Assembly: GCA_947478525.1 (NCBI GenBank)
Contig: CANJVU010000011.1
Span: 3,453-67,452 of the forward strand
Length of the DNA: 64,000 nt
Direction: 5' to 3'
Origin: Thiotrichales bacterium
GTDB taxonomy: Bacteria > Pseudomonadota > Gammaproteobacteria > Francisellales > CACEW01
The stretch's first letter is position 1, and every line of letters begins with the position of its first letter. The position numbers and the translations under genes were made by a program. The notes under the pieces were generated by a model that saw only the letters and a program-made list of their open reading frames with translations, had not been told where the DNA came from and searched no databases. Below, one piece after another: positions 43,953 to 56,960 of this stretch.

Positions 43953-45698
43953 ATGTCCGGCAAAATCCCACAACATTTTATTGACACCCTACTCTCCCGC
44001 GTCGACATCATCGACTTGATTGGACAGTTTGTCATGTTGAAAAAGAAAGGCGCCAATCATATGGCGTGTTGCCCGTTTCATCAGGAAAAAACGCCTTCGT
44101 TTACGGTGAACCAGGCCAAGCAGTTTTATTATTGCTTTGGCTGCGGCGCGCATGGTAATGCCATTGGGTTTTTGATGGCACATGAACGGTTAGAATTTGT
44201 CGATGCCATCGAAGAACTGGCAAAACGCTTTGGTATTGAAGTACCGTATGAAAAACCCAACGCTCACTCACCCCAAGTATCGGCACCACAACAGAAAACT
44301 TTGTATGATCATTTAGCTACTGCCCAACGCTTGTTTCGCTGGCAACTCACCCATCATCCCGAAGGAAAAGCCGCGATTGAATACTTGAAAAAACGCGGAC
44401 TGACTGGCCAAACGGTGCAAGCCTTCGGCATCGGTCTGGCCCCGTCAGGCTGGGATAATTTGATGCAAGCCCTGGGCAAAACCAAAGCTGATCAAGACGC
44501 CCTGCTACAAGCCGGCCTGCTGATCAAAAACGAACAAAATCGTCTCTACGATCGTTTCCGTCAACGCATTATGTTTCCGATCCGCGATAGCCGTGGCCGC
44601 ACCATCGGCTTTGGCGGTCGGGTGATAAATCCGGAGGAACAACCGAAATATTTAAACTCGCCAGAAACCCCGGTATTTCAAAAAGGCCATGGTCTATATG
44701 GCATTTATGAAGCGAAACAAACCCTGACCAACCCTCAACAACTCTTGATTGTTGAAGGTTATATGGATGTCATTGCCCTGGCACAAGCGGGCATTCATTA
44801 TGCATTGGCAACATTGGGCACAGCAACTACGGCGTACCATCTGAAAATTTTATTGCGCTATTGTGATAATTTAATTTTTTGTTTTGATGGCGACAATGCG
44901 GGCCGTGAAGCCGCTTGGCGTGCGTTAAAAGCAGCTCTGCCGATTATGAATGGGAGCTGTCGCATTCGTTTTTTGTTTTTACCCGATGGTGAAGATCCCG
45001 ATTCGCTGGTGCAAAAGGAAGGTAAAGCTGCCTTTGAGGCGAGATATTCTGAAGCATTGTCTTTAACGGATTTTTTGTTGAATCATTTAAAACAACAAGT
45101 CGATATCATCACTTTGGAAGGAAAAGCCAAATTTTTATCCTTGATACAACCCTACTGGCAGAGCATTCCAGAAGGCGCTTATGCCACTTTACTTAAGGCG
45201 GAACTGAGTCGCATCACTCAATTATCCGACGCGCAGATCAGTAAAAATTTATTAAAAACCAGCGAACCTACAGAAAAGTCAATTCCCACTCCAGCACGGT
45301 TATCACTGGCCGAGCAAGCCATGGTACATCTATTACAAAAACCAGAAATTGGCTTTGAACTGGTGGTCCCAATGCTACCACCAACCAATGACACGGACGT
45401 GGCATTACTAAATAACCTTTTGAATATTATCAAAAAATATAAGCCAAACACCACCGGAAACCTGTTGCAACAATGGCCAGATCCCAACACCAGTCAACGC
45501 CTAGCACAACTCGCCGCGGTTAATCATCCTGCACAACAAGGCGATGTAATTTCCGAGCTGAATGATGTTTTGAAAAAATTGTCTGGCCAAACGGCCGCTT
45601 CTTCTCTTGATTATTTGATTGAACAATCCAAGTCTCGCGGGCTTTCTGAAGCAGAAAAACAAAATTTAGCAAAATTGTTACAACGAAATAAAAAATAA
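43953..45698 (+). CDS. dnaG: DNA primase
   Basis: Zinc ribbon CCPFHQEKTPSF...CFGCGAHG and a TOPRIM domain (VEGYMDVIAL, FDGDNAGREAA). Confidence 0.95.
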   Translation: MSGKIPQHFIDTLLSRVDIIDLIGQFVMLKKKGANHMACCPFHQEKTPSFTVNQAKQFYYCFGCGAHGNAIGFLMAHERLEFVDAIEELAKRFGIEVPYEKPNAHSPQVSAPQQKTLYDHLATAQRLFRWQLTHHPEGKAAIEYLKKRGLTGQTVQAFGIGLAPSGWDNLMQALGKTKADQDALLQAGLLIKNEQNRLYDRFRQRIMFPIRDSRGRTIGFGGRVINPEEQPKYLNSPETPVFQKGHGLYGIYEAKQTLTNPQQLLIVEGYMDVIALAQAGIHYALATLGTATTAYHLKILLRYCDNLIFCFDGDNAGREAAWRALKAALPIMNGSCRIRFLFLPDGEDPDSLVQKEGKAAFEARYSEALSLTDFLLNHLKQQVDIITLEGKAKFLSLIQPYWQSIPEGAYATLLKAELSRITQLSDAQISKNLLKTSEPTEKSIPTPARLSLAEQAMVHLLQKPEIGFELVVPMLPPTNDTDVALLNNLLNIIKKYKPNTTGNLLQQWPDPNTSQRLAQLAAVNHPAQQGDVISELNDVLKKLSGQTAASSLDYLIEQSKSRGLSEAEKQNLAKLLQRNKK

Positions 45699-45833
45699 CG
45701 TCTACACTTAATATCTACGTCTCTTTGGGTTTTGAACACAATCAAAACACGAAGAAGATAGACAAATCATACGGTTATCGATAGAATGTTCCACCTTCTT
45801 GTCGATAACCGACGTAATCATTTAGGTGACACC

Positions 45834-47722
<1,889 letters not shown>

Positions 47723-47723
<1 letters not shown>

Positions 47724-48364
47724 TGAGCGTTCGCCGCTATTCCCCACTCGACCTCGTGCTCAACGAGGTCGGACATTTCTTGCAAACCGTTGCTGCCACG
47801 CCCATTTCACAACGCCACAACCCTGCCATTAAAGTTCTCGAAGATGATCTCACTCAACCGGAGATGAAACATGCGGCAGGCTTAATACGCGTTGACCACA
47901 CGGGTGAAATCTGCGCTCAAGCCTTGTATCGCGGCCAAGCCGTTGCCGCCAGGACCAGTGCCATTCGCGACTCATTACATCAAGCGGCACAAGAAGAAAA
48001 TGACCACTTGGCGTGGTGTCAACATCGTTTAACTGAATTGCACAGCCACCCCAGTTACCTCAATATTTTTTGGTATCTGGCTTCTTTTAAATTGGGTGTA
48101 TTGGCAGGCTTAGCCGGTGATGGCTTCAGCATGGGCTTTGTCGAAGAAACCGAAAAACAAGTGGTCAAACATATTGACCAGCATCTCGCCACCCTCCCTT
48201 CCAACGATCACAAAAGCCGTGCCATCTTGCAACAAATGCGTATTGACGAACAAAAACACGCCACTACTGCCGTTAAAAAAGGCGCTAAGCCACTGCCTGG
48301 GTTGATTCAAAAACTGATGGCAATAAAATCCAAAATCATGACCAGTTCCGCTTATTACTTATGA
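47723..48364 (+). CDS. coq7: demethoxyubiquinone hydroxylase (Coq7 family di-iron monooxygenase)
   Basis: RVDHTGEICAQALYRGQ, EENDHLAW and DEQKH carboxylate-bridged di-iron motifs. The start overlaps the rpoD stop (TAATG). Confidence 0.88.
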
Positions 48365-49584
48365 AGATCTTTGACGTGGTTATTGTGGGTGCAGGCCCCG
48401 CTGGCGGACAATGTGCACGAAAGCTGGCACAAAAAGGCCATCGCGTACTATTGGTAGAACAACACATTAATTTCCAACAAAACAATTTCTCCAGCGCCGG
48501 CAGTGTGTTATCGATTTTAAAAGATTATGAATTGCCCGAATCGGTGGTCGGTAGCTATTGGAATCGCTTGGATGTCGTCACCACCAAAAATCATTATCGC
48601 TGGCACAGTGAAAATAATCAAGGTGTCGTATTAGATTTTGCCAAGCTACGCCAATGCCTGACTGATCAAGCCTCACAACATGGCGCCACCGTGTGGATGC
48701 ACCATAAATACGTCGGTCATGAGCAACAAGGTGATCTGGTCACTGTGAACTTGTTGAATCGCACAACCAAACAATCCATTGTAATACAAACCAAAATTCT
48801 GGTCGATGCCACAGGACCACAACACAGCATTATTAATCGTAACCAGCCACAACTGCCCCGCTATAACATTGCCTTTGGATTAGAATATTTAATTCGCGCG
48901 GACAACCAATGCCATCATCCTAATACGCTCACATTCTTGTTAGGCGATTATTGGATGCCCAAGGGCTACGCCTGGGTATTCCCAATGGAATCTGGTGTTT
49001 ACAAAGTGGGCGTAGGCGCCTATATTACTGATGCTGCGAAAGGCACACCATCATTAGCGCCTTACGTAAAACAGCTGATCCGCAATTATTTACAGATCGA
49101 ACATTACGAACTGATTGATAAACACGGCGGCGTGCTACGTTATTGTACACCCGAGCATGAACAAGCTTATGACGGCAATATTGTAGCCATTGGTGATGCA
49201 CTGTCTTGTGTCAACGCTTTAGGTGGCGAGGGAATCCGCCATGGCATGTATTGCGCCAACCTGGCCGCGCATTATATTGATCTGACGTTATACAGTGGAA
49301 AATCTCATTTTGCTGCGTATCGCAAAGCCGTACTACGCAAGTTTAATAAAACTTGGAAACGCTGTGATGCTTACGCTAAAGCAGGCTATCAATTAGGCAC
49401 CGAACGCAAACTGGATTTGGTCTTTGGGTATTTACAAAAACTGCCGCTGCCAGTGATAGTGGATGTGTTATTCCATTATCGTTTTGGTTGGTTGAAATGG
49501 CTACTGTTTAAAAGATTAATTAAGAAATTACTGCGCCCCTTGAAGAAAGTGATAGCAACCGTTCCAACAACACCCTCACCTTAG
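48361..49584 (+). CDS. FAD-dependent oxidoreductase, geranylgeranyl-reductase-like
   Basis: The dinucleotide-binding motif is DVVIVGAGPAGG, followed by the GDALSCVNALGGEGIRHG motif. An ATGA overlap joins it to coq7. Confidence 0.8.
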   Translation: MKIFDVVIVGAGPAGGQCARKLAQKGHRVLLVEQHINFQQNNFSSAGSVLSILKDYELPESVVGSYWNRLDVVTTKNHYRWHSENNQGVVLDFAKLRQCLTDQASQHGATVWMHHKYVGHEQQGDLVTVNLLNRTTKQSIVIQTKILVDATGPQHSIINRNQPQLPRYNIAFGLEYLIRADNQCHHPNTLTFLLGDYWMPKGYAWVFPMESGVYKVGVGAYITDAAKGTPSLAPYVKQLIRNYLQIEHYELIDKHGGVLRYCTPEHEQAYDGNIVAIGDALSCVNALGGEGIRHGMYCANLAAHYIDLTLYSGKSHFAAYRKAVLRKFNKTWKRCDAYAKAGYQLGTERKLDLVFGYLQKLPLPVIVDVLFHYRFGWLKWLLFKRLIKKLLRPLKKVIATVPTTPSP

Positions 49585-50413
49585 GCGGTAGAAACTCGCG
49601 CTGCGGGTAAATCGCATAAAGCGGACTGCCACCCAATGTGTAGTCGGTCAAACATGGCAACACGCTTCCTGCTTGCAACTCTTTTTGTATCATAAAGGTT
49701 GGCAATACGCCCATGCAAGAACCTTCCAGTATCAGCTGTTTCATAAAATCCATTTGGTTAGTCACCACCGCGCCATACAACGGGGTTTCAATCATTGCAA
49801 CGGTTCTATGGGAATTCCACTTAAATGTCGTCGTGGCTTGATACAGAGCAAAAACATGATTGGCCAATTGTTGCGGTGTGGTTGGAATGCCGTGTTTGGC
49901 CAGATACTCTGGTGCTGCACATAATTGATTCTCCATCAGCATCACTTGCTGCGCCACCAAACCAGAATCCGGCAATACGGCTGCCCGTAGTACCAAATCG
50001 CAACCTTCTTGAATCACGTCTACCAGGCGACTTTCCAATACAATTTCCAACGTAATATCTGGGTAGTCACGCATAAAGTCTTTCAGCAATGGCGCCAATA
50101 CATATTTACCAAAGGCTGGGGGTGCGGAGATTTTTAATTTCCCTGTGGGCCTGGCCTGTAGATCTTGAATTTTGGAATAACCTTGCTGTGCAGATTGTAC
50201 GACGCCTTGGCAATAGTGATAAAAATGCTGTCCAGCTTGAGTCAACGCCACTTTACGGGTATTGCGTATCAACAGCTTTGACTTCAATTCTTGCTCCAAA
50301 CGGGTAATGCGTTTACTGACATAGGATTTTGACACACCAAGCTGTTGTGCAGCTTTAGAAAAGCTGTGCAGTTCAACAACGTAATAGAAGATTTCCATTT
50401 CATTCAGTAACAT
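49520..50413 (-). CDS. LysR-family transcriptional regulator
   Basis: The wHTH is FSKAAQQLGVSKSYVSKRITRLEQEL. Start trimmed to MLLNEMEIF. It is divergent from an MFS gene. Confidence 0.9.
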   Translation of the reverse strand: MLLNEMEIFYYVVELHSFSKAAQQLGVSKSYVSKRITRLEQELKSKLLIRNTRKVALTQAGQHFYHYCQGVVQSAQQGYSKIQDLQARPTGKLKISAPPAFGKYVLAPLLKDFMRDYPDITLEIVLESRLVDVIQEGCDLVLRAAVLPDSGLVAQQVMLMENQLCAAPEYLAKHGIPTTPQQLANHVFALYQATTTFKWNSHRTVAMIETPLYGAVVTNQMDFMKQLILEGSCMGVLPTFMIQKELQAGSVLPCLTDYTLGGSPLYAIYPQREFLPPKVRVLLERLLSLSSRGAVIS

Positions 50414-50524
50414 ATTTTTCCTATTTGTTTCTATTTGGAAACAGTCATGTGAATTATAGGCCATTCCAATCCAAATAAAAACAATGTAACATTGTCCTCG
50501 TTAAAAAACACTAGGAATGATGAC

Positions 50525-51850
50525 ATGAAACGATCCACTACCTGGCTGGCACTGATTGGCCTGAGTCTCTCGAGCTTCATTGGCTGCATCGATCTGACCA
50601 TCGTCAATACTGCCCTACCCGCAATTCAACACAGCTTAAATGCCAGTGTGGATGCCTTACAATGGGTAATTAATATTTTACTCTTGACGTTAAGCGCAGT
50701 GATGGTGGTGCTGGGACGTTTAGCCGATTTGCATGGTCGGCGCAAAATGTTATACATGGGCATGGCACTGTTTGCGATATCATCGTTAGTCGCCGGACTT
50801 GCGCCTTCGATAACCTGGTTACTGGTCGGACGCTCATTACAAGGCATCGCCGTGGCGATTTTATATGCGATGCCGGTGGCGATGATTCCATCCTTGTTTC
50901 CCTTAAAACAGCAAGGCAAAGCCACCGGCATTTTGATTGGCGCCAATGGATTCGGTCTGGCATTTGGCCTGGTTGCTGGCGGTTTAATTTTAAGTGTACT
51001 CAGCTGGCGCTGGATTTTCTTGATCAACCCTCCCTTGATTTTGTTAAGCTTCTTGTTTTGTATGACCACCATCCCCGAATCCAAAACCAATGATCTTAAT
51101 CGTCAGATTGACTGGCTTGGTTTGATTTTATTGATCATTGCCCTGCCATTATTGGTGTTAGCGATTATTCAAGGCAGCGAATGGGGTTGGCTGTCATTCA
51201 AAACGTTAGGGACCGCTGGCATTGCCATCATTGGACTCATTGTGTTTTATCTACATGAACAACGCCACCCTTCCCCCATTATTCAATTTCATTTTTTCAG
51301 TCACCGCTTATTTGGTGTGGGCATGATCAGCAATGTAATGTTGGCTGCGTTTTATGCCGTGACTTTTTTCCTGGTACCCTTATACATGAGTAACGTACTG
51401 CACCAAAGTGAAGCGGTGATTGGCTTAACGATGTTGCCTGGCATGTTATTGGTCGCCATTTTATCGCCTGTCGTTGGCATGATCGTTGACAAAGTAGGCG
51501 CTCCAACCGTATTGCTGATCGGCTTGGCGTTATTGATTGTCTGCGCCGGATTACAGGTGACGTTCAGCAGCACCACGCCCCTTTGGTTTGTCGTTTTGGC
51601 CATGATCTTTTTAGGATTGGGTTGGGGGTTTTTGTTAGGTCCTGCGTTGGTTTTAGCATTAAGCACCGTCCCCAAAGAATCGAGTGGTGTAGGCATCGGC
51701 ACACTGGGCACCATGCATAACTTAGGTGGCTCGATTGGATTGGCCGTGGGCACGGTGGTATTTCACACCTACCACTATGCTGGTGCCATGGCGTTCTTGA
51801 TGGTACTGTCAGTAATTGCATTTATGGGCACGTGGGTGGGTCGAAAATAA
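50525..51850 (+). CDS. MFS transporter, DHA2 (EmrB-like) family
   Basis: GRLADLHGRRKMLYMG motif and about 14 hydrophobic segments. Start trimmed to the ATG at 50525. Confidence 0.88.
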   Translation: MKRSTTWLALIGLSLSSFIGCIDLTIVNTALPAIQHSLNASVDALQWVINILLLTLSAVMVVLGRLADLHGRRKMLYMGMALFAISSLVAGLAPSITWLLVGRSLQGIAVAILYAMPVAMIPSLFPLKQQGKATGILIGANGFGLAFGLVAGGLILSVLSWRWIFLINPPLILLSFLFCMTTIPESKTNDLNRQIDWLGLILLIIALPLLVLAIIQGSEWGWLSFKTLGTAGIAIIGLIVFYLHEQRHPSPIIQFHFFSHRLFGVGMISNVMLAAFYAVTFFLVPLYMSNVLHQSEAVIGLTMLPGMLLVAILSPVVGMIVDKVGAPTVLLIGLALLIVCAGLQVTFSSTTPLWFVVLAMIFLGLGWGFLLGPALVLALSTVPKESSGVGIGTLGTMHNLGGSIGLAVGTVVFHTYHYAGAMAFLMVLSVIAFMGTWVGRK

Positions 51851-51851
51851 A

Positions 51852-52517
51852 TTAACCCAACGCTTTACGCATCTGTTGAATCACCGCTGCGTAATCTTTT
51901 TGGCCAAAAATCGCCGAGCCGGCAACAAAGGCATCGACACCTGCCTGTGCAATTGCAGCAATGTTACCTGGGGTAACACCACCATCGATTTCCAGGCGCG
52001 TATTGGGATTATGTTGCTCAATCATGGCGCGAGCCATTTTGGCTTTTTTCAAGATCTCAGGAATAAACGCTTGCCCACCAAAACCAGGGTTCACCGACAT
52101 CAGCAAGATGCGGTCGATTTTATCCCAGACATGCGTTAAACAGGCTAAGGTCGTTGCAGGGTTAATGGCTAACCCGGCTTCGATACCGGCTTGTTTAATT
52201 TTTTGTAAGCTACGATCGACGTGTTTCGAAGCTTCGGGATGAAACACAATACAATTGGCACCGACATCGATAAATTGGCTGATCAGGTCATCGACTGGCT
52301 CTACCATCAAATGCACATCGAACGGCGCTTGGATGCCATACTTACGCAACGCTTTACAGACCAACGGGCCAAAAGTAAGGTTTGGAACGTAGTGATTGTC
52401 CATCACATCAATATGAATACGGTCGGCACCGGCAGCCAATACGCGATCGACTTCTTCGCCTAAGCGAGCGAAGTCGGCGGAAAGAATGGAGGGGCAAATC
52501 CAATAAGGCTTAGACAT
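51852..52517 (-). CDS. rpe: ribulose-phosphate 3-epimerase
   Basis: [27 protein letters not shown] and [10 protein letters not shown]. Confidence 0.95.
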   Translation of the reverse strand: MSKPYWICPSILSADFARLGEEVDRVLAAGADRIHIDVMDNHYVPNLTFGPLVCKALRKYGIQAPFDVHLMVEPVDDLISQFIDVGANCIVFHPEASKHVDRSLQKIKQAGIEAGLAINPATTLACLTHVWDKIDRILLMSVNPGFGGQAFIPEILKKAKMARAMIEQHNPNTRLEIDGGVTPGNIAAIAQAGVDAFVAGSAIFGQKDYAAVIQQMRKALG

Positions 52518-53327
52518 TTAACTCTCCTTAATAAACTCATACGCCGCTTTAATTTTTTGTACCTTTTCCGTCGCTGCTTTCATCATATCTTCCGGCAACC
52601 CTTTCGCTGCGAGTTTATCGGGATGGTATTGATTCATCAAGCGACGATAGGCTTTTTTCACTTCTTCTTGCGTTGCAGTGGTTTGCAATCCTAACACCGC
52701 ATAGGCATTTTTGCGTTCATCAACGGTATTGAATCGCGGCGCAGAGGAATATTGTTGCCGCCCTGATTGTTGATAGCGAAACGCATTTTGTGCCTGATAC
52801 ATCATGTGCAGCTGATTAAACTCCAACGCGGAAAACCCAATTAACGTCGCCATTTGCGACAATACTTGCAGCTTACTCTGATGCAACCCACCATCGGCGT
52901 AGGCGGCTTGAAATTGCAGCTGCATAAACATATAGAGCAAATTGCGTCGATGTAAACACGCCTGCTTAAACTCAGCTAAGGTGCGCTCCATGGTAAACCC
53001 AGGTTCTTTGCCATCATTAAACAAGCGCATCGCCGTGAGTGTGTGATCAGGCGTCAAGTTCAGGCTTTGCATAATACGCCGCGCCGCTTCCAGCTCGTTT
53101 TGACTGACATGACCATCGGCTTTGGCGAGATAACCCATCGCTAGAAACAGCGCATTAAAAAAAGCGTGACGGGTTTTTTCAGTATTAGCAAACTGGCTGC
53201 GCACAAAGGCACGATCGAGCTGGTGCCCAATAAAAATTCCGATGACAGCGCCCAGCGACCCTCCCAAAATATAGCCGCAGATAGCGCCGATCAGCTTGCC
53301 CCACCAACTCGTTACCAGAGGTTTCAT
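52518..53327 (-). CDS. djlA: co-chaperone DjlA (membrane-anchored J-domain protein)
   Basis: N-terminal TM segment, a TerB-like middle region, and a C-terminal J domain AYAVLGL...YRRLMNQYHPDK. Confidence 0.9.
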   Translation of the reverse strand: MKPLVTSWWGKLIGAICGYILGGSLGAVIGIFIGHQLDRAFVRSQFANTEKTRHAFFNALFLAMGYLAKADGHVSQNELEAARRIMQSLNLTPDHTLTAMRLFNDGKEPGFTMERTLAEFKQACLHRRNLLYMFMQLQFQAAYADGGLHQSKLQVLSQMATLIGFSALEFNQLHMMYQAQNAFRYQQSGRQQYSSAPRFNTVDERKNAYAVLGLQTTATQEEVKKAYRRLMNQYHPDKLAAKGLPEDMMKAATEKVQKIKAAYEFIKES

Positions 53328-53344
53328 ATTGCCTCTACTAAAAA

Positions 53345-54178
53345 CTACCAGGCATTGCCAATGGTTTTAACGACTTGTGTCAATTGATCACCTTTCAAAT
53401 AGCCTGGATAAAACGAAGGCGTACCATCGCTTTGTTTGTACAATAATACAGGGGTACCTTCAAAGCCATATTTTTCAAAGAAATCAGTATTTTGCTGTAC
53501 TTTTGCATAAGCAGCAGCCACCGTCATGTCTTTAGCGTCTTGCGGCAAGGGCGTAACGCCGCCTTGTTCTTTTTGTTGGTTAAAACCATCTTGGTTTTGT
53601 TTAAACAGAGCATTCTCTTGTGCTGGCGTGCCTGCATGCAAAATCTGCGCCGACATACCCGCACTGGTTGGTCGCAAAAACCCTGCTGCGATCCAGCGCA
53701 CTTGCACTTGGCCACTTTGCACATAAGGCAGCAATTCTTTATACAACAAATGACAGAAAATACAGTTAGGGTCGATGATCACATACATTTTGTGCGGCGC
53801 TTTATCGCTACCATCGGTAAACCATGCGGTATTCGCTGCGGCAGCATAAGCGGCTTTAGCAACTTTTGCCTGGATATATTGCTGGGTGTATTGTTGCGTG
53901 TAGTTGGTACCATCCGCACCAATGAGATTACCCACAAAGAGATACTGACCATTTTTATCAGTATAGGCAATCATGCTTTGGCCTTGGCCTGACTTAGGAG
54001 ATAAAACAAATCCTTGCAAACCATCCACAGCGCTGAAAGATTGAGTAATGCTCACTTGACCCTTAGTCACCGTGTTCACTAATTTTTCAGGAGCGGAAAG
54101 CGCTGGTGTTGCAGCTGCAAATGCAGTGGCCGAAGAAAGTAAAATCACTGAAATGGCGGTAACAATACGGGTTAACAT
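53345..54178 (-). CDS. periplasmic thiol:disulfide interchange protein, DsbC/DsbG family
   Basis: Signal peptide, an N-terminal dimerisation-like region, and a thioredoxin-fold CxxC (DPNCIFCH). Confidence 0.8.
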   Translation of the reverse strand: MLTRIVTAISVILLSSATAFAAATPALSAPEKLVNTVTKGQVSITQSFSAVDGLQGFVLSPKSGQGQSMIAYTDKNGQYLFVGNLIGADGTNYTQQYTQQYIQAKVAKAAYAAAANTAWFTDGSDKAPHKMYVIIDPNCIFCHLLYKELLPYVQSGQVQVRWIAAGFLRPTSAGMSAQILHAGTPAQENALFKQNQDGFNQQKEQGGVTPLPQDAKDMTVAAAYAKVQQNTDFFEKYGFEGTPVLLYKQSDGTPSFYPGYLKGDQLTQVVKTIGNAW

Positions 54179-54327
54179 GCTTGCTCCTTAAATTTTATTT
54201 TGCAATACATATCCATGATACAAGCAATATCGCTAAAAAGCGAATTTTTATGCGTTTTGTCGGTGGCTAGAACGACGCTTGACTGATAGAATACCTCCCA
54301 ATTAAGTAGAGTTGGCACGCCCATTCC

Positions 54328-56958
54328 GTGAATTATAAACGCATCGCACATGGCATTCTTACCTTATCCTGTTGGGCAGCGCTCTGTCAGGTGGGATGTG
54401 CCGTTGCGCAGAGTATTGACACTAATCCCAACCAGCGGTGGCACTGCCATGCACACAAAGATCAATGGGTTTGCCAAGCCATTTACTCAGGCACAGAACT
54501 CTATGAGCCTGGATTAACAACACAACAGCACCAACAAGCCTTGGTCGATAATCTTGGCTGGGTAGAAGACACCAGCGACACCCCAAAAGAAAATTGCTCA
54601 ACCTGTGGAGGCCATTATGTTGAGCCGACTTTCGCCGACACCGGAAAATTACAGTCACTAAGCCAGGCACCTGCGCAAGGTACTTATGGCCATGCCACTT
54701 ATCTGGTAAATGGCACCGTACAATTACAAGGCCCCATCGATATTTCGCAACCTGACCGCACTTTATTTATACGCAATCACGCAACGCTGTATCCCAACCT
54801 AACAACCGGTCAACTAGAAAAAATTTCTGCGCAAGGAGATGTTCGCCTGCATCAACCCGGGCAATTATTTCTAGGCAAGGACGGACAAGCCGATTTGTTT
54901 AACCACCAGGCGGAATTAAATGATGTCACCTACTTGGTAAAAGTCAAATCTGACTGGAGACATTCACAAACCAGCGTTAATGATAACACTGATCAAAATT
55001 TTACTGGATACGCCCATGGACATGCGAGCAAAGTGGTCCAATTAGATCAAAATGTATTCCAACTTTATGATACCACCTACAGCACCTGCCCTCCCACCAG
55101 CAACACGTGGGACATGTATGCCAGTAAAATTACTTTAGATCGACTGTCCGGAGAAGGCGTAACACGCAACACATTATTGCGCATTCATGGCATGCCAGTT
55201 TTTTATTCTCCTTACTTTAGTTTCCCGCTGAACGACCAACGTAAAACCGGTTTTCTTTACGGCACCATGGGCACGTCAGGCAGCAGCGGTTTTTTTGTAA
55301 ACACCCCTTTCTACCTAAACCTTGCACCCAATTATGACGACACCATTACCCCCACTTTTTACACCAAGCGGGGTGTATTGTGGGATAACCAATTCCGTTA
55401 TTTAAACACCTGGTTTAACGGTGAATTAAACACTCAGTACCTGCCATATGACGAAATTCGTGACATGAGCAATCGTTATGAAATCAACACCGACGACACA
55501 GCTTATTTAAGCCAAAATTGGCAAGCGAATGTTGATTACAACAAGGTTGGCGATGACAATTTCATCAGCGACATTGAGGGTGACTCCAATGCCATTATCG
55601 CCAACCAGGTATTGCTCAACCAACAATTTACTCTAAGCTACAGTAACTTACATTGGCAATTTACTGGCTTGATGCAACAGTACCAAATTATTAACGATCA
55701 ATTGGACTTAGACAACCAACCTTACCGGCGTCTGCCGGAATTAGATTTATCCTCACAATATCCAGACCTACTCTCTCCTTTTGCACTCTCTTTCAGCAGT
55801 CAACTGGTCAATTTTCAGAAAGATGTATTCCAGGGTGAGACACCCATTGAGGGTGACCGCGCGAATATTGCACCGACCGTCAGTTTACCACTGGTGAAAC
55901 CTTACGGCTTTTTCACACCCAGCATCACTGCCAGCGCCACCAACTATAACTTAAACAACACATCAGTCAGCAGTGGCTTTCCGGAAAGCTCTATTCAACG
56001 CACCTTACCAATTATTGACGTTGACAGTGGGCTGTATTTCGATCGAAACTTCACTTTTGGCCAAGACAGCTACACCCAAACGCTTGAGCCACGGCTGTTT
56101 TATCTGTGGGTACCCTATCGCGACCAAAATAACATCCCCATTTTTGACACCACCATGCAAAATTTTACCTACCAATCCTTGTTCGATACCAATCGATTCA
56201 GCGGTATTGACCGAATTGGGGACGCCAACCAGGTTAGTTATTCGTTAAGCACTAGCATTAACAACGCACTTGGTCAGCCGCTCTTTAGCGCGGGTGCTGG
56301 TCAAATTATTTACCTGCAAAATCGACAAGTAACGTTATGCCAGCAAAACGCCAGTAACCCTAACTGTGTTGCCTGGGTCAACAATGACATTAACACTTCG
56401 CGCACGTCGGATTATGCTGGTTATGCAGTCTATAATATTAATGCAGATTGGAACGTTAACACCAATGTTGCGTTCAATCCTGATATTAGTGAATTTGATT
56501 CACAGTCCTATATGCTACAGTACCAACCTGATGCGCGCCACGTCTTCAATATTGGCTACCAAAACAATCAAAATGATTATGCCCTGATGAGTACTGAGGA
56601 TTTGATCGCAGGCGACACCCCCCCGCTGGTTTCGCAATTAACCACATCAATGGCATGGGGATTAACCAATAATTGGAGTCTGTTGGGTGAGTTTAACTAC
56701 GCCTTCAATGCTTCACGCGTGGTTGATGAATTCGGTGGCTTTCAATACAGCGCGTGTTGCTGGGCCGTGCAGTTTATTTATCGCCGCTTCGTCAATGACT
56801 CAGACCCTAACAATCCAGCATCATTGACGGGACCCTACACGACCGCTACTATGATTCAATTCCAATTAAAAGGACTGGCCGGCACCAGCAACGAGCAAAT
56901 TGAGACACTGGAACAAGCCATTCCAGGCTACAACCCCAACCAATCAGGATTTAATTAA
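54328..56958 (+). CDS. lptD: LPS-assembly outer-membrane protein LptD
   Basis: 876 aa with a signal peptide, an OstA N-terminal domain and a large beta-barrel. The conserved lptD-surA-rsmA order supports the call. GTG start. Confidence 0.9.
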   Translation: MNYKRIAHGILTLSCWAALCQVGCAVAQSIDTNPNQRWHCHAHKDQWVCQAIYSGTELYEPGLTTQQHQQALVDNLGWVEDTSDTPKENCSTCGGHYVEPTFADTGKLQSLSQAPAQGTYGHATYLVNGTVQLQGPIDISQPDRTLFIRNHATLYPNLTTGQLEKISAQGDVRLHQPGQLFLGKDGQADLFNHQAELNDVTYLVKVKSDWRHSQTSVNDNTDQNFTGYAHGHASKVVQLDQNVFQLYDTTYSTCPPTSNTWDMYASKITLDRLSGEGVTRNTLLRIHGMPVFYSPYFSFPLNDQRKTGFLYGTMGTSGSSGFFVNTPFYLNLAPNYDDTITPTFYTKRGVLWDNQFRYLNTWFNGELNTQYLPYDEIRDMSNRYEINTDDTAYLSQNWQANVDYNKVGDDNFISDIEGDSNAIIANQVLLNQQFTLSYSNLHWQFTGLMQQYQIINDQLDLDNQPYRRLPELDLSSQYPDLLSPFALSFSSQLVNFQKDVFQGETPIEGDRANIAPTVSLPLVKPYGFFTPSITASATNYNLNNTSVSSGFPESSIQRTLPIIDVDSGLYFDRNFTFGQDSYTQTLEPRLFYLWVPYRDQNNIPIFDTTMQNFTYQSLFDTNRFSGIDRIGDANQVSYSLSTSINNALGQPLFSAGAGQIIYLQNRQVTLCQQNASNPNCVAWVNNDINTSRTSDYAGYAVYNINADWNVNTNVAFNPDISEFDSQSYMLQYQPDARHVFNIGYQNNQNDYALMSTEDLIAGDTPPLVSQLTTSMAWGLTNNWSLLGEFNYAFNASRVVDEFGGFQYSACCWAVQFIYRRFVNDSDPNNPASLTGPYTTATMIQFQLKGLAGTSNEQIETLEQAIPGYNPNQSGFN

Positions 56959-56960
56959 CC

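Noticed and set aside
53492-53992. A 166-aa plus-strand ORF and neighbouring ORFs of 63-66 aa.
   Set aside because: They lie antisense to the DsbC/G-like gene, and their translations are Cys/Arg-rich nonsense.
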